Made by a program: the position numbers and the translations under genes. The notes under the pieces were generated by a model. The model saw only the letters and a list, made by a program, of their open reading frames with translations. It made no database searches and was not told where the DNA came from. Positions 9,733 through 20,200 of a stretch of 64,000 bases of DNA are shown in pieces. This stretch comes from Candidatus Vogelbacteria bacterium RIFOXYD1_FULL_51_18 (GTDB lineage: Bacteria > Patescibacteriota > Minisyncoccia > Phycocordibacterales > UBA9988). The stretch covers positions 1,881 to 65,880 of the forward strand of contig MHTL01000014.1 of assembly GCA_001823095.1 (NCBI GenBank), in the 5' to 3' direction. Each line of letters starts with the position of its first letter. The first letter of the stretch is position 1.

Positions 9733-9963
9733 ATGTCAGTACGCATGCGCCATACTCGCGCCCATACGGCAAACCGCAGATCACATCATGCGATAGAGGG
9801 TGTCCGTCTGTCCACGTGTCTCAAATGCGGCGCTTTGCATGTGCGCCACCGCGTGTGCCTCAACTGCGGGAGCTACCGCGGACGCGAGGTGCTCAATGTG
9901 CTTGCCAAGGTGGAAAAGCGGCAGGAACGCATGCGCAAGCGCGAGGCAGCCGCATCGAAGTAA
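9733..9963 (+). CDS. rpmF: 50S ribosomal protein L32
   Basis: RRSHHA..CLKCG...[16 protein letters not shown]. Confidence 0.95.
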   Translation: MSVRMRHTRAHTANRRSHHAIEGVRLSTCLKCGALHVRHRVCLNCGSYRGREVLNVLAKVEKRQERMRKREAAASK

Positions 9964-10001
9964 GCTTTTTTTGTAAATTAGGCGGTAGGTTCTTTGTATC
10001 T

Positions 10002-10931
10002 ATGGCAAATCGGCACCTTTCACGCAGTATAGCGCTCCAATCACTCTTTGAGTGGGATTTCATGAGCGAAACCGCCACGATAACGGATAGTTACGGCGGG
10101 CTCGCCGCTTCTATTGAAGCAAATATTGCCGAATTTGCTCCCGGTTTGGAGGATGCCCGTTTTACAAAATCTCTTGCTGCTGGTGTGGTAGAGTATCGCG
10201 AGAAGCTGGATACTGTTATTGAAAAATTTGCTCCAGACTGGCCGATTGACCAGATTTCCATAGTAGACCGCAATGTCCTGCGTCTCGGACTCTTTGAGCT
10301 CCTCTTTGGCGACACAAAAGAGGTCCCCGCCAAAGTTGCTATCAACGAGGCCATTGAACTTGCCAAGATGTTCGGCGGCGAGTCTAGCGGCAAGTTCGTC
10401 AACGGCGTGCTCGGCTCGGTATATCGCGAGATGGGTGAGCCGGGCAAGGACGACGTCCCCGCCAAGAAGCGCCGCGTTAAGGAGAGGGATATAGATCCTA
10501 AGGATCTCCCCATAGAGAAGCTTGGCGGCGCTGTGGTATACTCGCGCGAGCGCGGCACCATCCGTCTTGCGCTCGTCCACGACGTGTTTGGCTACTGGAC
10601 GCTTTCAAAGGGGCATATTGAGGAGGGCGAGAATGCGGAGGAGGGGACGATACGCGAAATCCACGAGGAGCTCTCGCTCCCCATCACCATTGTTGGCGCA
10701 CTGGGCGGTAACGAATATATTGCCTCCCATCCGGAGAAGGGTAAGATACGCAAGCAGGTGGACTACTTTTTGGGAGAGACCAAGGACAGGGGTAAGCTCA
10801 AGCTCACCAAGGAAGGAGGGCTTGACCAAGCGGCGTGGTTTACGCTTGAAGAACTCGGCGATCTGCGCATCTATGACGACATCATCCCCATTATTACCAA
10901 AGGCATTCAAATAATACTTGCAAAACCATGA
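10002..10931 (+). CDS. nusB: NusB fused to a C-terminal Nudix domain
   Basis: NRHLSR, VDRNVLR, VAINEAIELAK, FVNGVLG; then KGHIEEGENAEEGTIREIHEEL Nudix box. Confidence 0.92.
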   Translation: MANRHLSRSIALQSLFEWDFMSETATITDSYGGLAASIEANIAEFAPGLEDARFTKSLAAGVVEYREKLDTVIEKFAPDWPIDQISIVDRNVLRLGLFELLFGDTKEVPAKVAINEAIELAKMFGGESSGKFVNGVLGSVYREMGEPGKDDVPAKKRRVKERDIDPKDLPIEKLGGAVVYSRERGTIRLALVHDVFGYWTLSKGHIEEGENAEEGTIREIHEELSLPITIVGALGGNEYIASHPEKGKIRKQVDYFLGETKDRGKLKLTKEGGLDQAAWFTLEELGDLRIYDDIIPIITKGIQIILAKP

Positions 10932-11629
10932 GCACGGACTTTTCTCCCTTTGAAGCGCGGATCGGCGTGCGATTTAGAGATCGGGCTCTGCTGGAGCAGG
11001 CCTTCATACATCGCTCATACCTTAATGAAAATCCTAACATAACTCTTGGCCATAACGAGCGGCTGGAGTTTCTCGGCGATGCGGTGCTGGAGCTGGCGGT
11101 AACCGACTATCTCTACCGTAGCTACCCAAAAGAGGACGAGGGGACATTGACTGCATACCGTTCCGCACTTGTTAATGCAGTGACTATCGGTACTGTGGCG
11201 CAGGAGCTCGGTATGAACGAGCATCTCTTGCTCTCGCGCGGGGAGGCAAAAGATGAGGGGCGCGCGCGGCAGGTCATCCTTGCCAACACCTACGAGGCGG
11301 TAGTTGGCGCACTTTATCTTGACCAGGGCTACGCGTGCGCGCGGGACTTTATTACGGCACATCTCATCCCGCGCATGGACGGCATCCTTGCCGAGAATCT
11401 CTGGCTGGATGCGAAGAGTTTTTTCCAGGAAAAAGCGCAGGAGAAGGAGGGCGTTACTCCCTCTTACAACGTTCTCGCGGAATCCGGGCCCGACCACAAC
11501 AAAAAATTTACCGTTGGCGTCTACATCGGGAGCGAGCAGGTGGCGCAGGGCAACGGCCATTCCAAGCAGGAGGCCGAACAAGATGCCGCGCGCAAGGCCC
11601 TTGCCGAGAAACGTTGGAATGTCCGCTAG
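10928..11629 (+). CDS. rnc: Ribonuclease III
   Basis: HNERLEFLGDAVLEL plus dsRBD. Confidence 0.98.
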   Translation: MSTDFSPFEARIGVRFRDRALLEQAFIHRSYLNENPNITLGHNERLEFLGDAVLELAVTDYLYRSYPKEDEGTLTAYRSALVNAVTIGTVAQELGMNEHLLLSRGEAKDEGRARQVILANTYEAVVGALYLDQGYACARDFITAHLIPRMDGILAENLWLDAKSFFQEKAQEKEGVTPSYNVLAESGPDHNKKFTVGVYIGSEQVAQGNGHSKQEAEQDAARKALAEKRWNVR

Positions 11630-11644
11630 TGTTATAATAATTCC

Positions 11645-13837
11645 GTGCGGTTAAAAAATATTGAGCTTTCCGGTTTTAAGTCATTTGCAAAAAAGACGCT
11701 ACTTACTTTTGACGCGCCCATTACCGCTATCGTCGGCCCCAACGGTTCGGGGAAGAGCAATATTGCGGAGGCCTTCCGCTGGGTCTTGGGCGAACAGTCG
11801 CTTAAAATACTGCGCGGTAAACGCGGCGAGGACCTGATTTTCAACGGCTCCGGCTCTGCGCCGCGGATGAGCCGGGCGTCGGTGACACTCACCTTTGACA
11901 ACAGCGGCAGGAGCTTGCCGCTCTCATTTAACGAGGTTTCCATCTCGCGCGAGGTGCACACCGACGGCGCCAGTGAGTATCTCCTCAACCGCTCCAAGGT
12001 GCGCCTCAAGGACATTGTAGAGCTCCTTGCCTCGGTGGGGCTCGGAAGCACGGGCCACCACATCATCTCGCAGGGCGAGGCTGACCGAATATTGCGCGCA
12101 CGCCCGCGTGAGCGCGAGGCCATGATTGAAGAGGCGCTCTCGCTTACGGTCTATCATCTCAAAATTGCCGAGAGCGAGCGCAAGCTCCAAAAAACACAGG
12201 AGAACCTGCGCCAGGTTGAGGCATTGCGAAAGGAAATTGCGCCGCACCTCAAGTTTTTGGGCAAGCAAATGGAGAAGATGCGCCAGGCGGAAAGCCTGCG
12301 AGATGAGCTCACGGCTCTCTATCGCGACTACCTTGCCCGCGAGGAATCCTACCTGCGGAGAACCGCACAGGAGCTTGCGGCGGCACGTACAGTACCTGCG
12401 CAGGAGCTCCGCGACATTGAAGCGCGCCTGAAAAATGCCGAAACACTCCTCTCACGGGGAGGTCCGGCAGAGAGCGACGACGAATGGACTTTCACACGCT
12501 TGCGCAGAGAGCTTGGAGAGACGGGGAATGAGCGCGCAGAACTTACCCGCAAACTTGGGAGAGTTGAGGGCATGATAGAGGTGAGGAGCGAGAGCGAGGG
12601 AACAGAGGCAGACGCCGCATCTATACCGCTCGCGGACGTCCGTACGCTCGTAGAGGACATTGAGGCGCTCATCGCGGGCAGTGAACAGAAAAGCGATTTT
12701 ACATCCATCAAGGCGGCGCTTACCGCTATTAGGGAAGAGGTAAGAATTTTTATCGGGCAATTTGCAGGGAGCATAAAGAGCAGCAAGGCAAGCACACTCT
12801 CGGGACTTACGCGCGAGAAGGAGATCATGGAGCGCGCGCTCGGCGCCGTGCTCGCTCGAGAGGAAGGACTGCGCGCGGAAGCCGATACCGTGCGTGCGCG
12901 CATTGCGGAGGCGGAAAGTCTTTCGCGCGAAAAGGAGCGGGAGACCTATGAGCTGAAGGCCGCGCGCAGCGCGCGCACGCAGGAACTCGAGTCGCTTGAC
13001 CTTAAGCGTTCCACGTTTGAAATCAGCGAGCGTGACTTCAAGGAGATGCTCGCAGAGGCGCGGGTTTTGATTGGACGGGAGGCGCTCAACTATAGTTCTG
13101 AACATTTGAATCTTGATACCGAGACGCGTGCCGCACAGGAAGCGCGGCACAAGCAGATTGACCGGCTCAAGTTCAAGTTGGAAGACCTTGGCGCCGGAGG
13201 CGACGACATCGTGAAGGAGTACCGAGAGGTGAGCGAGCGTGACAGCTTTCTCTCGCGCGAGCTTGAGGACCTTTCTGCGAGCGAGCAATCCCTCCATCAG
13301 GTGCTCCGGGAGCTTGAGGAGATTCTGGAGCGCGAGTTCCATGAGGGGATTGAGAAGATTAATGCCGAATTCCAAAAGTTTTTTGAGTTGATGTTCGGCG
13401 GCGGCACGGCGTCTATTTTTGTCATTAAAGCAAAGCGGCGCGCTCGGGGAGAGGAGGAAATTTTGGAGGAAGGGCAGGAGGAGACGGGCATAGACATATC
13501 GGTCTCACTCCCTCGCAAAAAACTCCGCGGCATTCATATGCTCTCCGGAGGCGAGCGGGCGCTTACCTCCATCGCACTTTTGTTTGCTATCTCACAGGTT
13601 AACCCGCCGCCCTTCCTCATCCTTGACGAGACGGATGCCGCTTTGGATGAGGCAAACTCGCGCCGCTACGGCGACATGATAGAGAACCTTTCGCACTACT
13701 CCCAGCTCATTGTGATTACCCACAACCGTGAGACCATGAGCCGCGCGGGCATTCTCTACGGCGTTACCATGAACGCCGACTCAATCTCAAAACTCCTCTC
13801 CATCCGCTTTGATGAGGCAGTAGATATTACAAAATAG
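11645..13837 (+). CDS. smc: Short SMC-family ATPase
   Basis: GFKSF, GPNGSGKSN, LSGGE, LDETDAALD, ITH; only 730 aa. Confidence 0.9.
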   Translation: MRLKNIELSGFKSFAKKTLLTFDAPITAIVGPNGSGKSNIAEAFRWVLGEQSLKILRGKRGEDLIFNGSGSAPRMSRASVTLTFDNSGRSLPLSFNEVSISREVHTDGASEYLLNRSKVRLKDIVELLASVGLGSTGHHIISQGEADRILRARPREREAMIEEALSLTVYHLKIAESERKLQKTQENLRQVEALRKEIAPHLKFLGKQMEKMRQAESLRDELTALYRDYLAREESYLRRTAQELAAARTVPAQELRDIEARLKNAETLLSRGGPAESDDEWTFTRLRRELGETGNERAELTRKLGRVEGMIEVRSESEGTEADAASIPLADVRTLVEDIEALIAGSEQKSDFTSIKAALTAIREEVRIFIGQFAGSIKSSKASTLSGLTREKEIMERALGAVLAREEGLRAEADTVRARIAEAESLSREKERETYELKAARSARTQELESLDLKRSTFEISERDFKEMLAEARVLIGREALNYSSEHLNLDTETRAAQEARHKQIDRLKFKLEDLGAGGDDIVKEYREVSERDSFLSRELEDLSASEQSLHQVLRELEEILEREFHEGIEKINAEFQKFFELMFGGGTASIFVIKAKRRARGEEEILEEGQEETGIDISVSLPRKKLRGIHMLSGGERALTSIALLFAISQVNPPPFLILDETDAALDEANSRRYGDMIENLSHYSQLIVITHNRETMSRAGILYGVTMNADSISKLLSIRFDEAVDITK

Positions 13838-13874
13838 GCCTTAATGACGGAAGTGAGACTTCCGTCATTAAGGC
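13838..13874. terminator. 17-bp-arm hairpin between convergent smc and rnr (GGAAGT-N3-ACTTCC core)
   Basis: gccttaatgacggaagt-gag-acttccgtcattaaggc. Confidence 0.75.
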
Positions 13875-15382
13875 ACCAATTCGTAGTCAATCTGATTTTT
13901 GCCGGTATCAACGCGGCAGACGCGGATGCTCACCGTATCGCCGAGGCGGTAAGCGCGCTTGCTGTGCTCGCCGACGAGGAGCATGCTCTGCTCGTTGAAT
14001 ACGTAATAGTCGTCAGGGAGCTTGGTAACGTGTATGAGCCCGTCAGCGCCGGTACTCTCCTCTCGCACAAAGACGCCAAAGTTAGTCACGCCGGTAATAA
14101 TCCCGTTACTCTCCATGCCGATGTGCTCCGCGAGATACTCAACCTGCTTGGCCTTGAGCGAGTCACGTTCGGCCTCCGCGGCAAAGACCTCACGCTCGGT
14201 AGCATGCAGAGCCGCCCTGTCGCAGTGCTGCAGGAGTTTGGCGGATACGCGGCGTCCCTTGAGGTACTCGGTGAGGAGGCGATGCACAAGTAGGTCCGGG
14301 TAGCGACGGATGGGAGAGGTAAAGTGCGTGTAGTGCTTGAAGGCGAGTCCAAAGTGCCCGATATTTTTCATCGAGTAAATTGCCTTTGCCATGGCGCGTA
14401 GCGTCGCAGAGTGCACAAAGTATTGCTGTGGCGTTCCCAGCACCTCGATGAGGAGTCGGTTGAGCTCGGCAGGATTTACCTGCTTGCCCCGTAAAATTGA
14501 ATAGCCCATGGGTCTTGCGTAAAGGTCCAGAAAGGCGATTTTCTCCGTGTCAGGAACATCATGGATGCGGTACACAAAAGCGCCGGGTTTGTTCTGCGCC
14601 GCGCGGGAGGCAAACTCCGCCACGCGGCGGTTGGCGAGGAGCATGAGGTCCTCAATAAGCTGGTGGCTCTCGCTGTGGGGTACGACATAAAATGAAAGGG
14701 GCTTGCCATCGGCATCCAATTCACAGCGCAGTTCGGTATCGTGGATGGCAATCGCTCCCGCGTCGAACTTTTTTTTCCGCAGGGCTCTCGTGATACGCGC
14801 GAGTGTGCCAAGCATCTCGCCCCATGGTCCACCATTTCCATCCATGATCTCCTGTGCTTCTTCATAGGTGAGCCGCGCGGCAGAGCGGATAATACTCCTG
14901 CCAAACCATTCCTTGGTGATACTGCCGTCCTTGCTGGTTTCAAACACCGCCGAGTAGCAGAGCCGTTCCTTGTGCGGCAGGAGCGAGCAGAGTGTATTAG
15001 AGAGCGCCTCGGGGAGCATGGGGATGACACGGTCAACGAGGTAGATAGAAGTTGCACGCTTGTGCGCCTCTTTATCCAAGGCGCTCTCGGGGCTGACAAA
15101 GAAGGATACGTCGGCGATGTGTATTCCCACTTCATGTGTGCCATCGGGAAGTGCGCGCAGTGATATGGCGTCGTCAAAATCTTTGGCGCTTTTAGGATCA
15201 ATCGTGATGGTCGGCACATTGCGAAAGTCGCGACGTCCGCCTGCGGCGGACTCGCGCTCCATAATTTCCGCCTCCCTTGCAAGGAGGGCTTGTGCCTCCC
15301 TCTCTGCCTCATGCGGAAAAGCCCCCGGGAGAGGGGGTCGCACGCGCACTTTTGTGCGCACCGAAGCGCCCTTTTTGACCAT
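13868..15382 (-). CDS. rnr: RNase R/II family exoribonuclease (RNB + S1, N-terminally short)
   Basis: TIDPKSAKDFDDA, HFGLA, YTHFTSPIRRYPDL, S1; start inferred from the adjacent extended -10. Confidence 0.92.
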   Translation of the reverse strand: MVKKGASVRTKVRVRPPLPGAFPHEAEREAQALLAREAEIMERESAAGGRRDFRNVPTITIDPKSAKDFDDAISLRALPDGTHEVGIHIADVSFFVSPESALDKEAHKRATSIYLVDRVIPMLPEALSNTLCSLLPHKERLCYSAVFETSKDGSITKEWFGRSIIRSAARLTYEEAQEIMDGNGGPWGEMLGTLARITRALRKKKFDAGAIAIHDTELRCELDADGKPLSFYVVPHSESHQLIEDLMLLANRRVAEFASRAAQNKPGAFVYRIHDVPDTEKIAFLDLYARPMGYSILRGKQVNPAELNRLLIEVLGTPQQYFVHSATLRAMAKAIYSMKNIGHFGLAFKHYTHFTSPIRRYPDLLVHRLLTEYLKGRRVSAKLLQHCDRAALHATEREVFAAEAERDSLKAKQVEYLAEHIGMESNGIITGVTNFGVFVREESTGADGLIHVTKLPDDYYVFNEQSMLLVGEHSKRAYRLGDTVSIRVCRVDTGKNQIDYELVP

Positions 15383-15408
15383 ATACATTATCATAGCACA
15401 TCTGCCGG

Positions 15409-15430
15409 GCCTGCCTGCCGGTAGGCGGGC
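15409..15430. repeat. Short CCTGCC..GGYAGG palindromic repeat
   Basis: gcctgcctgccggtaggcgggc; related copy at 45738-45757. Confidence 0.75.
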
Positions 15431-15485
15431 CGGATACAAGTATTTGACGTATGCGCCTTATCTGATATAGTTACCCCGTATATCT

Positions 15486-15848
15486 ATGCTAAAAATCAGA
15501 TTACAGCGGGTTGGACGCAAGAATGACCCCTCATTCCGCATTGTGGTTGCAGAACACACGACTGCCGCTAAGAAGCCGGGTTCATTTCTTGAAGTGCTGG
15601 GGAATTACGACCCGCGTCGGGATACGCGCACTATAAATGCCGCGCGCGTAAAGCACTGGATGGAGCGTGGTGCACAGGTCTCTGGCACAGTGCACAACCT
15701 CCTTATTACAGAAAAGATTATCAGCGGAGAGAAGCGCAATGTGCTCCCGCGCAAAACCGTGCCCACAAAACAGGAAGAGCCAAATGCAGGAGAGCCTAAA
15801 GAGGCTGAAGTAAGAGAAGAGACGCTTGTAGCAAAAGAGGCCGCGTAG
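15486..15848 (+). CDS. rpsP: 30S ribosomal protein S16
   Basis: MLKIRLQRVGRK..FRIVV..LGNYDP..GAQVS. Confidence 0.97.
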   Translation: MLKIRLQRVGRKNDPSFRIVVAEHTTAAKKPGSFLEVLGNYDPRRDTRTINAARVKHWMERGAQVSGTVHNLLITEKIISGEKRNVLPRKTVPTKQEEPNAGEPKEAEVREETLVAKEAA

Positions 15849-15882
15849 TATACTAGGTGCATTAACAGTTTACCTTTAGCGT

Positions 15883-16203
15883 ATGTCAGAGCATTCTGAT
15901 CAGGACTTTCTTGAAAGTGTTATTAATGCCCTTGTAGACAATCCGAGTGATGTGAAGATTGGGAGGACGGTGGATGAGATGGGCGTACTGCTCACACTTG
16001 ACCTCAACCCGGCGGATATGGGGAAGGTAATCGGCCGTAGCGGCAACACCGCAAAGGCGATCCGCACACTCCTGCGCGTCGTGGGGATGAAGAACAACGC
16101 GCGCGTCAATTTAAAAATCAATGAGCCGGAAGGCGGCCGCCACTTTGCAGAGAGCGCCGCAAGCAAGTCGGTGGATGAAGCGATGGCGGACTTGAAGTTC
16201 TAA
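15883..16203 (+). CDS. khpA: KH-domain RNA-binding protein (KhpA/YlqC)
   Basis: DMGKVIGRSGNTAKAIRTLL; rpsP-khpA-trmD synteny. Confidence 0.9.
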   Translation: MSEHSDQDFLESVINALVDNPSDVKIGRTVDEMGVLLTLDLNPADMGKVIGRSGNTAKAIRTLLRVVGMKNNARVNLKINEPEGGRHFAESAASKSVDEAMADLKF

Positions 16204-16206
16204 GGC

Positions 16207-16851
16207 GTGCTGAAGTTTTTGATCATCACCATTTTTCCCGAGAGCCTGGAATCCTACCTCGCATCTTCAATGATATTGCGTGCTGTGGCACGCAATATCA
16301 TTTCTGCACAAGCGATTAACCCGCGCGATTTTACTGACGACCCGCACCGGAAAGCAGACGACAAGCCCTACGGCGGCGGGCCGGGGATGGTGATGAAGGC
16401 GCTACCCATCATAAGGGCAGTGAGCGCGCTCAAATTGAAGAAGGGCGGAAAGAGAAAAATTCTCATTATGTCTCCACGGGGCAGACAGTTTACGCAGACG
16501 GAAGCAAAAAAATTTGCAAAAAAGTACGATGAGCTGGTGCTCATTGCCGGGCACTACGAGGGCATTGATGCGCGGGTGAAAAAAATATTAAAAGCAGAAG
16601 AAGTCTCGGTGGGACCTTACACACTCACCGGCGGGGAGCTACCCGCGCTCATCATTATTGATGCGGTCTCGCGGCATGTACCCGGCGTTTTAGGCAAGGT
16701 GGAGTCTCTGGAAGAGGGGAGGGCGACGAGCGGCGAGACCTACACTCGCCCCGAGCTCATCACCGTCAAAGGCAAAAAGTTCCGCGTCCCCGCAGTCCTC
16801 CTCTCCGGCCACCAAAAAAATATACACTCCTATCGCTCCACACAATCTTAA
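16207..16851 (+). CDS. trmD: tRNA (guanine37-N1)-methyltransferase
   Basis: DDKPYGGGPGMVM, GHYEGIDAR, LTGGELPA. Confidence 0.97.
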   Translation: MLKFLIITIFPESLESYLASSMILRAVARNIISAQAINPRDFTDDPHRKADDKPYGGGPGMVMKALPIIRAVSALKLKKGGKRKILIMSPRGRQFTQTEAKKFAKKYDELVLIAGHYEGIDARVKKILKAEEVSVGPYTLTGGELPALIIIDAVSRHVPGVLGKVESLEEGRATSGETYTRPELITVKGKKFRVPAVLLSGHQKNIHSYRSTQS

Positions 16852-16880
16852 TTGTCCAACCTCCGATGTTGGACAATTAA
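16848..16880. repeat. 13-bp-arm hairpin after trmD
   Basis: ttaattgtccaac-ctccgat-gttggacaattaa. Confidence 0.8.
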
Positions 16881-16932
16881 CGCTCTGTAATAAAGAATTC
16901 ACAGCCGTGAATTAAAGGATAAAACGATAGGT

Positions 16933-17151
16933 ATGGCACACAGTGCAAGAAGAGACGCCATCGGCATCGGTGCAGACGTGGTCAACAAACTGGCTGGTTT
17001 GCAAATTGACCTCTTGCAAAAAATTCGGCAGGGTCATATCACCAACGAACATCTTGAGTGGTTTAACGGTCTCACTTTATGGCTGACAGTTTTTCTTTTT
17101 GAGCCGCTTGACAGGATTGAGGGACCCGTATATACTCGGGAGTACGTTTAG
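16933..17151 (+). pseudogene. Small orphan ORF, probably a truncated remnant
   Basis: Protein-like first ~48 aa, then the frame runs through the rpoB promoter. Confidence 0.4.
17108..17136 (+). promoter_or_regulatory. Sigma70 promoter of rpoBC
   Basis: TTGACA-17bp-TATACT. Confidence 0.8.
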
Positions 17152-17262
17152 CTGCGATTGAGTTACGATACCCGCTAACACAATTACTAGCTAGTCTCCA
17201 ATAGTAAACCTTTGAACGGGTAACTATTTCTTTGGGCATATTTTTGCACCCGCTCTTTTTCT

Positions 17263-20200
17263 ATGAAACTCACTAAAAAGTATTTTTCAAAGTACACCAA
17301 GCCCCTGGCCGAGGTCCCTGACCTCGTTGAGCTCCAGCTCAACTCGTTCCGCTGGCTCGTTAAGGAGGGCCTCGCGGAGGTCTTCAAGGAGTTCTCGCCC
17401 ATTAAGGACTACTCGGAAAAGAAGTTTGACCTCACCTTTAAGGATTTTGCCATTGAGGAACCCAAGTACGACGAGCAACACGCCAAGGAGAACAATCTCA
17501 CTTATGAAGCCCCGCTCGTGGCGAGCGTGGTTCTCAAGAGCAAAAATTTTGAGCATGAGCAGAAGATATTTCTCGCCGACTTCCCGCTCATGACTGCGCA
17601 CGGCACCTTCATCATCAACGGCATTGAGCGTGTGGTGGTGCCCCAACTCGCGCGGAGCTTTGGCGTCTTCTTCACCGCAAACGACCTGCGCGGCAAGAAG
17701 CACTTTGGAGCCAAGGTCATTCCCTCGCGCGGCGCGTGGATTGAATTTGAGACCGAACTGGATGGCTGCGTCTACGTGCGCATTGACCGCAAGCGCAAGA
17801 TTCCCGCAACAGCGCTCCTGCGCCTCTTTGGCGATACGGAAGGAAAGGGGAGCACGGAGGCAATCCAAAAGGCCTTTGCACACCTTGAGTCAGAGACGCC
17901 CTACATCAAAAATACCCTAGACAAGGAGGCATTCAACTCTATTGACCAAAGCTTTGTAGAAGTCTATAAACGCCTGCGTGACTCCGACCTCGTCACAATT
18001 CCCGGCGCGCGCGAGTTTATTAAGAACCTCTTTTCGGCGGAGCGCTACGACCTCTCACTTGTCGGCCGCTACCGCCTCAATCAGCGCTTCGGCCTCCCTA
18101 CCAGCGGAGAGGAGGCAGGACGTCGGACGCTCTCTTTTGACGACCTCGTTCGCATCGTGAGCCATATCATTACCTTAAATAGCGCTAAGGGAGCCAAGGA
18201 GGATGACATTGACCATCTGGGACTGCGCCGCGTGCGCCTTGTGGGCGAGATGCTCCAGCAGCGCGTGCGCGTGGGCATGACGCAAATGAAGCGCTACATC
18301 CAAGACAAGATGTCTACTGCCGACCAGGAGACCATGTTCCCCATCCAGCTCATTTCCCCGCGTCCACTGCAGGCACGCATCAAAGAATTTTTCACCACCA
18401 ATCAGCTCTCACAGTTCATGCGGCAGGACAACGTGCTTGCCGAGATTGAGCATCTGCGTACCCTCTCGGCCATGGGTCCCGGCGGACTCACTCGCGAACG
18501 CGCCGGCTTTGAGGTCCGCGACGTGCATACCAGCCACTATGGGCGCCTCTGTCCTATCCATACGCCGGAGGGTCCGAACATCGGGCTTATCCTGCGCCTT
18601 ACCACATATGCGCGCATTAACGACCTTGGTATCATAGAGACTCCCTACCGCCGAGTGCAGAAGGGCGTAGTGACCGACGAGGTCGTCTACCTCAACGCCT
18701 TGGACGAAGAACAGTACAACATTGCCCACGCCAGCGTCCCCTATGACGAGCACATGCGGCTCATTGACGATGAGGTTGAAGTGCGCGCCAAAACTAAGCC
18801 GGGCATGGTTGGGAAGGGAGAGGTCCACTTTATAGACGTTGCACCCAACCAGGCGTACTCGGTGGCTACCTCCATGATTCCCTTCCTTGAACATGATGAC
18901 GCCAACCGGGCGCTCATGGGTTCAAATATGCAAAAGCAGGCGGTACCCTGCGTCAAACCGGAGGCGCCCCACGTGGCCACCGGCATGGAGGAGCTTGCCG
19001 CACGCTTTACCGGGCGCCTCATCTTTTCCGACATTGACGGCGAGGTTGCAGAAGTTGACGGAGAACATATCCTCATTAAGGGGCATGATGGCGGAAAGCG
19101 CGATCACAAGCTGATAACCTTCGGCCGCACCAACGACTTTACCGCTTTCCACCAGCGCCCCGCGGTCTCGCTCCACGATACGGTGAAGAAGGGCGACCTC
19201 CTTGCCGATACCTCCTCATCCGCAGGAGGCCAGATGGCGCTGGGCCAGAACGTCTTTGTCGCTTTCATGACCTGGGAAGGGGCAAACTATGAAGATGCCA
19301 TCGTCATGTCCGAACGGCTCGTGCGCGAAAATATTTTCACCAACATTCATATTGAGGAGTTTGTCTGTAATGTCCGCGACACCAAACTGGGTCCAGAACT
19401 CACCACGCGCGATATTCCTAACGTCGGCGAAGCCAAGCTCAAAAATCTTGATGAGGAGGGCATTGTGCGCATCGGCGCCGAAGTCGGCCCGAACGATATC
19501 CTGGTTGGAAAGATTACCGCAAAGGGCGAGACCGAACTCACGCCCGAGGAACGCCTCCTCCGCTCTATCTTCGGCGAGAAGGTGCGCGATGTGAAGGACA
19601 CATCGTTGCGCATGTCGCACGGCAAGCGCGGCCGCATCATCGGCATTAAAGTCTTTTCCCGCGACAATGGCGACAAGTTGGAAAGCGGTATCATCAAGCA
19701 GGTACATATTGAAGTCGCGCAGGTGCGGAACGTTTCCGTGGGCGACAAGCTTGCCGGACGCCACGGCAACAAGGGTGTCATCGCCAAAATCCTTCCCGTT
19801 GAAGACATGCCCTATACGGAGGACGGCACACCCATTGACGTAGTGCTTACCCCCCTCGGCGTTCCCTCACGCATGAACCTCGGTCAGATATTAGAAATGC
19901 ACTTGGGGCTTGCCGCGCGCATGCTCGGCTACCAGGCAATGACCCCCGTCTTCCAGGGCGCAGACCCGGAGGAAATTAAGGATGAGCTTGAGAAGGCGGG
20001 TTACCCGCGCGACGGGAAGGTGACGCTCTATGATGGACGCACTGGTGTGCCCTTCGAGCAGAAAATTGCCGTGGGTTCCATGTATGTGCTCAAGCTCCAC
20101 CACATGGTTGAGGATAAAATTCACATGCGCTCCATTGGCCCCTACTCGCTCATTACCCAGCAGCCTCTCGGTGGCCGGGCGCAGGGTGGCGGACAGCGCT

